A DNA stretch of 61,203 nt from a bacterium. Its GTDB lineage: Bacteria > Patescibacteriota > Doudnabacteria > UBA920. A program made the translations under genes and the position numbers. The stretch is from NCBI GenBank assembly GCA_021791515.1, contig JAJYWK010000012.1, forward strand, positions 1 through 61,203, read 5' to 3'. Of this stretch, positions 36,273 to 43,117 are shown one piece after another (position 1 is the first letter of the stretch; each line of letters begins with the position of its first letter). The notes under the pieces were generated by a model. The model did no database searches, was not told where the DNA came from, and saw only the letters and a program-made list of their open reading frames with translations.

Positions 36273-37103
36273 TTATAAATTATTTCTATGTATATTTATA
36301 AACTTTTGAGCCAGCAAGTCACTTTGCCCTATAACATTTTGTTCATTCTCAAAATCTGCTTGCCAATCTGAAGCAGTGGAATACCGCCCCAAAATTCTAA
36401 CGGGGTTTGTTGTGCGCAATCTGTTTAAATTAGGTACCGGGGCAACCGAACTTATGGCGCCCGCCAATCCGCGCGAGGGTACAAATTTTCTTTTGCCTTT
36501 GGTTGCCAGCACAAAATCTGTCGGATTTACTGAGAAACTATAAACCATTTTGCTTCCTTCCATGTGTTCTAAAACATATGGAAGTCCGCCATAAAATTGC
36601 ATTTTATTTCCGCTCTGCTCTATTCCCCCGCTTGGAAACATTAAAAATAACCCGCCGGACTTAATATGCTCAATAGCCGAATCCAAGGCTTGTTTGGCGG
36701 GTTTGTATTCTTTTGGTTTCAATTCAATAAAATTCTCTTTGCCTAAATTACCCGCGAATGCCGGATATGTACTATCATTAACTAAAATTTTAAAATCTTT
36801 TCTCACCTGTCCGGCCCTATTTTTTACCATTTCCAATGCAATTGGGATATCAAAAATTCCGGGATGATTTGCTATTACCAAACCCGGTTCAGTAAGTAGC
36901 CTGTCCATATTTTCCGCTCCGCTGAAATCCGGTTTAACATTCCATAAATTAAATATGCTTTCTGAGTAATGGTCAATCGCCCTGTTGCCATAATTCATTC
37001 TGGTTTTTACCAACTCATCCTCAAAAGCCATAGCTCCAAAAAGGTGATTGCCTTTATCTACCTCCTTTTTGATACGGCCTCCAATTTCCGACAATAAACG
37101 CAT
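36273..37103 (-). CDS. PlsC-like acyltransferase family protein
   Basis: NHPGIFD (HX4D-type) and FPSGG motifs. Start at MRLLSEIGG. Confidence 0.55.
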   Translation of the reverse strand: MRLLSEIGGRIKKEVDKGNHLFGAMAFEDELVKTRMNYGNRAIDHYSESIFNLWNVKPDFSGAENMDRLLTEPGLVIANHPGIFDIPIALEMVKNRAGQVRKDFKILVNDSTYPAFAGNLGKENFIELKPKEYKPAKQALDSAIEHIKSGGLFLMFPSGGIEQSGNKMQFYGGLPYVLEHMEGSKMVYSFSVNPTDFVLATKGKRKFVPSRGLAGAISSVAPVPNLNRLRTTNPVRILGRYSTASDWQADFENEQNVIGQSDLLAQKFINIHRNNL

Positions 37104-37108
37104 AAAAA

Positions 37109-37636
37109 TTATCCTTTCCACTCCCTGTCTAAAATTGACATATGGTAAACATCCCAAAACTTTCCTTTGTGATAATTATGTTCCCTCTTAACGCCCTCTT
37201 TCTTAAAACCCAACCGCTTATAAACCTTAAGCGCTCTCGGGTTATAGCCAAAAACATCCAACTCAACCTTATGCAGTTTCATTTTTTCAAATCCATACTT
37301 TAAAATCGTCCTTGCCGCATCGGTGCCCAGCCCTTTGTTCCAATAGCTTTTTTCGCCGATAAAAATTCCCAATGTCGCGCGCTTATGCTTTACCTCAACT
37401 CTTTCCAAACTTACCACGCCAATATGCTTATGCTCCAAAGTCTCTATGGCAAACCGTTTATCTGTTTTATTCTTTAAGCTATCTCTAATCCATTTCCGTT
37501 CTTTCTTTAAAGTAAGATGCCGCGCTTGGGCCTGTAAATATTGATAAACCTTAGGGTCATTAAGCCACTTCACAAACCGCTCGGCGTCAGATAGCCGAAC
37601 ATGCCGGAGTGTAACTTTATCTCCTTTAATAACCAT
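37109..37636 (-). CDS. GNAT family N-acetyltransferase (RimJ/RimL-like)
   Basis: VTLRHVRLSDAERFVKWLNDP ... typical GNAT core. Start at MVIKGDK. Confidence 0.8.
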   Translation of the reverse strand: MVIKGDKVTLRHVRLSDAERFVKWLNDPKVYQYLQAQARHLTLKKERKWIRDSLKNKTDKRFAIETLEHKHIGVVSLERVEVKHKRATLGIFIGEKSYWNKGLGTDAARTILKYGFEKMKLHKVELDVFGYNPRALKVYKRLGFKKEGVKREHNYHKGKFWDVYHMSILDREWKG

Positions 37637-37673
37637 GATGGAATTATACCAAAAAAACCCTTTTTGGGGCATT

Positions 37674-38246
37674 TCAAAACTTAACATTTAACTTTTCCAA
37701 AGCATTGTACACAAAACCCAAAGGCAAGCCTAAATTGTTGTTAAAATCGCCGGTCATTTTCTCCAATAAGTTAAACCCAATTCCCTGCGGACTAAACCCG
37801 CCGGCTTTGTCATAAGGGTGCCCGCGCTTGATGTAATCCAAAATATCTTTCTGCTCTAATTTTCTAAAATAGATTTTAGATTTTGTGACATTGGTAATGA
37901 GCCTACCGGTCTTGGCATCCAACACCGCTGTGCCGGTAATAAATTCGTGATGCTTGCCGGAAAAATCCTTAAAATTTTGAATAGCTTCTTGTCTGGTTTT
38001 TGGCTTGCCGATGATTTTACCTTTAAAGTAAGCCACGGAATCCGCCGCTATAATAATAGCTTTTGGATATTTTTTTGCCGCGGCTTTGGCTTTGCCTAAA
38101 GCAAGATATTTTACCAATTGTTCAACGCTTAAGTGTTTATGCACAACTTCCTCATAGCCGGAATCAACGGCCTTAAAAGGAATGCCAAAAAGCTTAAACA
38201 TTTGCCTCCGACGCGGACTAATTGTGGCTAAAATAATTTGTCTCAT
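37674..38246 (-). CDS. maf: Maf-like nucleoside triphosphate pyrophosphatase
   Basis: ILATISPRRRQMF, IIAADSV, DKAGGF. TGA stop. Confidence 0.85.
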   Translation of the reverse strand: MRQIILATISPRRRQMFKLFGIPFKAVDSGYEEVVHKHLSVEQLVKYLALGKAKAAAKKYPKAIIIAADSVAYFKGKIIGKPKTRQEAIQNFKDFSGKHHEFITGTAVLDAKTGRLITNVTKSKIYFRKLEQKDILDYIKRGHPYDKAGGFSPQGIGFNLLEKMTGDFNNNLGLPLGFVYNALEKLNVKF

Positions 38247-38381
38247 CTCATTAGAATTCAGTTAATTTTATTCTTCGAGCGTAGCGCTAGCGAAGTCGAG
38301 AAGATAAAATTATAGTATAAAAATTTAGGTTCTCCACAAGGTCGAACACTATTATTTAACTGTCGTGTAAGTCCTAATTTT

Positions 38382-38840
38382 TTAAACTTTCTCCGCCCAT
38401 GGTTTTAAATTCGCACCAATGTTCATTACCAAGGCAATCAAAACCAAATTTTTTATAATATATTGTCCTTCCAAAGTCGGAGTTAAAAAACTCTGCCAAG
38501 CCACAGCAGGTAAAAATACCAAGGGCATAAAGGTAGTGCCCATATGCAAAACAAACAGAGCGATGGCAATCCGGTCAAACTTCTTAAACAAAAACAAAAC
38601 GCCAATTAGCATCTCAAAAAGGGCAAAGCCAACAATAAACTGATGGAAGCTTAAAAAAGGCAGGGTTTTTTGCTGCAGCTGCATTACCAAAGGATTGGCC
38701 GGGCTGGTATCTAAAATTTTTAATATTCCAAACCAAAAGTAAACAATAAACAAAGCAAAACGGGCAAAATAAGGGTGGAATCGCCTTAATTGTTCTATAA
38801 GCTTGGCATCTAATTGTTGAATTTTTGGATGTATAAACAT
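38382..38840 (-). CDS. Hypothetical integral membrane protein
   Basis: 152 aa, 4 predicted TM segments. Confidence 0.6.
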   Translation of the reverse strand: MFIHPKIQQLDAKLIEQLRRFHPYFARFALFIVYFWFGILKILDTSPANPLVMQLQQKTLPFLSFHQFIVGFALFEMLIGVLFLFKKFDRIAIALFVLHMGTTFMPLVFLPAVAWQSFLTPTLEGQYIIKNLVLIALVMNIGANLKPWAEKV

Positions 38841-38921
38841 AAAGCTATTATAACAAATATTTTTTAAATCACCAGTTCCATTTTCCCCAAGTATCTGTTA
38901 AAATATCAAAAGGTAAATTTT

Positions 38922-39163
38922 CGGGCTGTAGCCCCATAGTAGTTCCGGCAAGCCGGAACACTACGGGGTAAATATAGCTTGCCCTGTTAAATATTTGCCC
39001 TTGTACGGGATATAGTATAATGGTAGTACGCGTGCATGGGGTGCATGTAGCCCCGGTTCGATTCCGGGTATCCCGACCACGGGCAAATAATATTTAACGG
39101 GGTGAAGTAGTACGCGTCCATGGGGTGGATGTAGTCTGGGTTCGATTCCCAGCAGCCCGACCA
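38922..39163 (+). other. Disrupted/outer tRNA-Pro(GGG)-like gene enclosing the intact tRNA-Pro
   Basis: CGGGCTG (38922-38928) is perfectly complementary to CAGCCCG (39151-39157), which is followed by ACCA. The 3' part has the anticodon arm CGTCC-ATGGGGT-GGATG and the T arm CTGGG-TTCGATT-CCCAG. The D region is interrupted by hairpin elements and tRNA-Pro. Confidence 0.5.
39006..39079 (+). tRNA. tRNA-Pro (anticodon GGG), CCA encoded
   Basis: Hand-folded cloverleaf: CGGGATA/TATCCCG acceptor, GTAT/GTAC D stem, CGTGC-AUGGGGU-GCATG anticodon arm, CCCGG-TTCGATT-CCGGG T arm, A73, CCA. Confidence 0.9.
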
Positions 39164-39270
39164 TGACGAAAATTACTACAGGGTAAAGGTGCGTGCTCGC
39201 CCCGTAGCATCCCGCCGATGGCGGGATTGCTACCGGGGTAGTCCGAGTTCGATTCTCGGCATCCCGACCA
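39164..39270 (+). other. tRNA-derived fragment (T arm + acceptor 3' strand + CCA) fused to a long hairpin
   Basis: ...CCCCGTAGCATCCCGCCGATGGCGGGATTGCTACCGGGG TAGT CCGAG TTCGATT CTCGG CATCCCG ACCA. No matching 5' acceptor strand found. Confidence 0.6.
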
Positions 39271-39348
39271 CGGGCAAATATTTCACTGTTCGTTTCCCAG
39301 TCTACCCCGTAGCCAACCGAAGGTTGTGCTACCGGGGCAGCCCGACCA
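39271..39348 (+). other. tRNA-derived fragment (acceptor 3' strand + CCA only) fused to a hairpin
   Basis: GGGCAAATATTT... CCCCGTAGCCAACCGAAGGTTGTGCTACCGGGG CAGCCCG ACCA. Confidence 0.55.
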
Positions 39349-39384
39349 TTCGATGATGCTTGTGGTCTGTGGTCGAAAGACAAT

Positions 39385-39404
39385 CCCGCCTTTGGGCGGG
39401 TTTT
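39385..39404 (+). terminator. Weak intrinsic terminator after the tRNA-Pro cluster
   Basis: CCCGCC TTTG GGCGGG TTTT. Confidence 0.4.
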
Positions 39405-39422
39405 AAATTGACAAAATTTCAC

Positions 39423-40930
39423 TTTTTTTTACCAGAAATGAAACAGCCGAGACAACAGTTTCTTATTGCAACTGGTCATCGCAATAATACTTATGTTTAT
39501 CTCGGACTGTAAGCATGCGCCATGTATTGCCCCTAGGCCACCTGGGGGGACTATGACACTGTTTGTACCCGGCCCGGAGCCGGGCTCATAACTATTTACC
39601 TCCTTAAAATTGAAAACCAAAAAAGCAAAACGCCCCTACTGGCCTGGTTGGCCAAAAGACCTAAACGATTATTGTAAAACCGAGTTGGTCTTGGACGTCA
39701 ACTGCCGTTTGGCTGCGCTTTGCGCGCTAAGCTTGACCCAAACTTTTTGGCCAAACTTACCAAGCAAGTACAGCTGCTTTAATATATAGGACTTACGCAT
39801 TTAGCCAAGTTCAAGGCATTTTCCCTGCCTGCGGCAGGCAGGCGAGGATATTTGGAGCCGTAGTTTAACTACGGCGACAAATACCGAAAGACAAAATAAC
39901 GCATCGGGGTTCCCCGAAAATCTGAAAGATTTTTGGGGTGATCAAGAAATTGGCTAAACTTTAGCGCAGTTGCCCTGAAATGCGGGCAAAGCCTGCATTT
40001 TGGGCAACTAGTGCGTAAGTTCTAAAAAATAAAATGAACGGCCCCGGGCAGTTGCTCATGATCTCGCGATCACAAGTACTTGCCCGGGGGTCTCTGCCGC
40101 CGTTTCGGTCACCCCCCTCGAGGTTGGGTGAAGCTCGTCCCACTCTGATGTAATGAGGGGAGCAAAGCTTCGACAGTGTGAGGTGCCGCAACGGACGACA
40201 GGTCTGTGGCATCAACTTTCTACCACCTTACGATGGTTTGCCCGAGTTGATTGCTCAGGCAGGCTGATGCCGAGTTGCATTTCTGGCGGTTTTTTGATGA
40301 CAGCCTGGTTGACTGCCAAAACCTGCTACCATAGCAGGCCGCCAGCGAAACGGCTAGGTGGCCGCAAATCTTGCGGCCAATCCAGCCCACTCCGCCGAAA
40401 AGAATGGCTCCGGCGGCGGAGCGGGCTCCCCATTCTCCACGCACTCCTGGCACACCAGGCCCTCCTGGTGATTACTGTCGAATGCGGGAATATGGGGTGT
40501 CATGCATCTGCACGCATGACAGAACTGAATATTTTCAGCTCCAGCCATCTCTGGCCCTCCTTAGACACCATCGCCTCGTGCTTGATTAAGGCGACGGTTT
40601 TGCACGGCCAGGTTTCCCCGGCCAGCACTGGGGTGGGTGGTTATTCCAATTTTCAGCCATTGAACGCGGGCTGAATTAACTGGACAGGAGCCTGTGGCTC
40701 ATCAGAGACCGCTCTGACTGGTTCCCTTAACCTTCACCATTAAGGAAACCAACTTACCACCCAAACTGGTGGGCGCTTTGAGAGCATTTGCCGTTTGTAA
40801 CAGCAAATTTGGAGTTCGGACATACGCCGGCGTCCCCAGCTCTCATTGCGCCCGTAACTTTTGCGAAGCTCTTACGCTCGCGGCAATAAAATCAAAATTA
40901 TTAATTTTACTGCCCCAAACATTAGGCTTT
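39423..40930. other. GC-rich, ORF-poor, hairpin-dense region (candidate large structured RNA or island remnant)
   Basis: Only short, Arg/Cys-rich or overlapping ORFs. Hand count of line 40321-40380 gives 37/60 G+C, versus 17/60 for line 38401-38460. Many perfect nested stems. Confidence 0.5.
40354..40548 (-). CDS. Small zinc-ribbon-like protein (64 aa)
   Basis: GGAGGG 6 nt before the ATG. FCHAC ... CQEC Cys pairs. Hairpin CCTGCTA-TGG-TAGCAGG plus TTTT downstream. Confidence 0.5.
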   Translation of the reverse strand: MAGAENIQFCHACRCMTPHIPAFDSNHQEGLVCQECVENGEPAPPPEPFFSAEWAGLAARFAAT

Positions 40931-40953
40931 AAAAAAACCCGCCTTGCGCGGGA
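40931..40953 (-). terminator. Intrinsic terminator ending the parB / four-helix-bundle transcription unit
   Basis: Minus strand: CCCGC GCAAG GCGGG, followed by TTTTTTT. Confidence 0.6.
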
Positions 40954-41181
40954 TTTGGTTTTGCTTTGATTTTTTTAAAAAAATCTTACGCCAAATCCCT
41001 ATTTTTAATAACCCAAACCAAGCCCTTAAAAAGGACCGGGAGGGTAACAATAGAGTTGCGGCGAAAATTCATCATAATTTATACTAACTTGATTTAACTA
41101 AAGTATACGGATTTTAAAAAGTTTGTCAAACGGAGTTATCCAGAGGGTGTAGGGTTGAGGGTGTAGGGTACAGAAGCTTAT

Positions 41182-41544
41182 TTATTTTTTGAGACTTTTT
41201 ATTAAAACAAACAGCATTTTTTGGACTTCAGTAAGTAAACTTTCCATTTTTGAAAAGTTAATATTCCTGTATAAATCTTTACTAATTATTTCTTGAGTTT
41301 CTAATTCCGCAGATGATGCGTCTGCAATGCTTAAAAATTGAATATATTCTCCTAAATTTTTTCTTTTATATCCTTCGGCAATATTTGAAGGAATAGAAAC
41401 GGCAGCCCGACGCATTTGGCTAACTAATCCATATAGTTCGTTTTTTGGAAACTTTTCAGTAACAAAATAAACTTCCTTTACTAACTCAATTGCCTTTTGC
41501 CAAACTATTAATTCTTTAAATGAAGTTATCATTTTTGTTTGCAA
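41182..41544 (-). CDS. Four-helix-bundle protein (23S rRNA intervening-sequence protein family)
   Basis: FKELIVWQKAIELVKEVY...LVSQMRRAAVSIPSNIAEGY signature. Confidence 0.85.
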   Translation of the reverse strand: MQTKMITSFKELIVWQKAIELVKEVYFVTEKFPKNELYGLVSQMRRAAVSIPSNIAEGYKRKNLGEYIQFLSIADASSAELETQEIISKDLYRNINFSKMESLLTEVQKMLFVLIKSLKK

Positions 41545-41579
41545 TATCCAACTATACCCTAAACCCTTTACCCTATCCC

Positions 41580-42638
41580 CTACACCGTCAAATAGGTTTC
41601 CCCTTCGGTACCCTTAGGCTCTGCCATCTTGTGTACAATCTCATTCAACTCCTCTTCGCTGTAAAAATCTATGGTAATTTTTCCGCCATCGCCCTGGCGC
41701 TGGATTTTTACCAAAGTACCCAGTTTGCCCCTAAGTTCGGTTTCTATGGCCATTAATTTTGGATCCGGCGTGGCGGCATCCATGGCCCGCTTTTGAGTTA
41801 TGTCGCGCACTTTTGTTTCCACCTGGCGCACGTTTAAGCCCTGCTCCAAAACCATCTTATACATTATAAGCATGCGGTCTATGTCATTGAGGCCCAAAAT
41901 CGCCCTTGCGTGACCTTCGGTAATTTTGCCTTCTATTAACGCGCGCTGGATTTCCGCCGGCAAATTCAGCAAACGCACGGTATTGGCCACCGCCGGGCGG
42001 GATTTGCCAACCTTTTTGGCCACCTGCTCCTGGGTCATATTAAAGGTCTTCATCAATCTATCGAAGGCCATGGCTTCTTCTATGGGGTTTAACTCCTGCC
42101 GTTGAATATTTTCTATAAGAGCCACTTCCAGCTTGGTCTGGTCTACCATCGCCTCCTTAATTATGGCCGGAACCTTTTCTATGCCCGCGAGCTGGCTGGC
42201 CCTAAAGCGCCTCTCGCCCACCACCAATTCATAACCGCCGGGCGTTTTGGTTACCACCAAGGGCTGAATCACCCCGTGCTCTTTAATGGAATCTGCCAAT
42301 TCTTTTAGCGCTAAGGGTTCAAAAGTTTTTCTGGGCTGGAAAGGATTGGGTACGATTTTTGCCACTTCAATTTCCTGAATTTGCGCGTCGGCATAAGAAA
42401 CCCTGTCGTCAGCCGGGGCACTAACCGCAGTTGGCTGATTAGCCGCCGGCCCAAGACCAACCGGCGCCGGGATCTGAAAATCATTCCGATTTAAAGGCTC
42501 AACCGCCCCAGTAGCAGTCGCTCCGACGTTCGTCGTCTCCACTACGGGGTAAACCGGTTGAGCCTTTGGCAAAACGGCCGGGGCCAGAGTGTCCAAAGGC
42601 TGAATACTAATATTTGGTTGTGGATTTATAGCGTCCAT
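41580..42638 (-). CDS. parB: ParB/Spo0J chromosome partitioning protein
   Basis: LVVGERRFRASQLAG box, HTH TQEQVAKKVGKSRPAVANTVRLL. Confidence 0.9.
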   Translation of the reverse strand: MDAINPQPNISIQPLDTLAPAVLPKAQPVYPVVETTNVGATATGAVEPLNRNDFQIPAPVGLGPAANQPTAVSAPADDRVSYADAQIQEIEVAKIVPNPFQPRKTFEPLALKELADSIKEHGVIQPLVVTKTPGGYELVVGERRFRASQLAGIEKVPAIIKEAMVDQTKLEVALIENIQRQELNPIEEAMAFDRLMKTFNMTQEQVAKKVGKSRPAVANTVRLLNLPAEIQRALIEGKITEGHARAILGLNDIDRMLIMYKMVLEQGLNVRQVETKVRDITQKRAMDAATPDPKLMAIETELRGKLGTLVKIQRQGDGGKITIDFYSEEELNEIVHKMAEPKGTEGETYLTV

Positions 42639-43042
42639 TGGTCTTTCTCCCCTCCTCTTGATGCAAGAGGAGGCCGGGAGGAGTTTAATTCTGTGGTTAT
42701 CACCTGAATTACACCGTCAATATTATTTAAAACTTCATTATTCCAAAATCTTAAAACTTTAATATGATTCTCGTTTAAAAATTCGGTTCTTAGCTTATCA
42801 TGACTTTTATCAGCTTCCCGGGAGTGCTGTCCGCCGTCAACTTCTATCGCCAACCTGCAAAACGGACAATAAAGATCTAAAATATAATCCCCGACGCTGT
42901 ACTGGCGAAAAAATTTTAACCCTAACAGCTTTTTATTCCTTACGCAATTCCAAATTTTTCTTTCCGCTTCTGTTTGGGTTTTTCTTAAGGATTTTCTAAA
43001 ATTTTTCTTATCAGGATTGTTATAAATGGAATTATATACCAT
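42626..43042 (-). CDS. DUF559 (Vsr-like) endonuclease-domain protein
   Basis: TEAERKIWNCVRNKKLLGLKFFRQYSVGDYILDLYCP..LAIEVDGGQH...VLRFWNNEV. Confidence 0.8.
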   Translation of the reverse strand: MVYNSIYNNPDKKNFRKSLRKTQTEAERKIWNCVRNKKLLGLKFFRQYSVGDYILDLYCPFCRLAIEVDGGQHSREADKSHDKLRTEFLNENHIKVLRFWNNEVLNNIDGVIQVITTELNSSRPPLASRGGEKDQWTL

Positions 43043-43117
43043 TTAACTCCCCCTAACCCCCTCTTATAATAAGAGGGGGAAAGTTTGGTGCCTTTGGGCT
43101 GATATAAGGCTGCTTTA

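Noticed and set aside
38961-39422. A 153-aa minus-strand ORF
   Set aside because: It is antisense to the tRNA-Pro gene and the tRNA-derived fragments. Its Pro/Gly/Arg-rich composition is driven by GC-rich RNA-gene sequence.
39855-39875. GAGCCGTAG-TTTAA-CTACGGC, considered as group II intron domain V
   Set aside because: The stem has only 7 bp, with no bulge and no GNRA loop. There is no reverse-transcriptase ORF or other intron domains.
40153-40674. A 173-aa plus-strand ORF in the GC-rich region
   Set aside because: It is Arg/Cys/Leu-rich and overlapped by several ORFs on both strands. It has no SD and is built from palindromic sequence, so it is more likely non-coding.
40698-40705. A CUGAUGAG motif on the minus strand, considered as a hammerhead ribozyme core
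   Set aside because: No appropriately placed GAAA box, stem III or cleavage-site context could be found around it.
39423-40930. Identification of the GC-rich region as RNase P RNA, tmRNA, SRP RNA or 6S RNA
   Set aside because: By eye I could not find the P4 GGAAAGUCC / ACAGAA-CGGCUUA boxes, a tRNA-like TTCGA arm with a tag ORF, or the SRP GGAA-AGCA domain IV motif. Identity is left open pending covariance-model searches.
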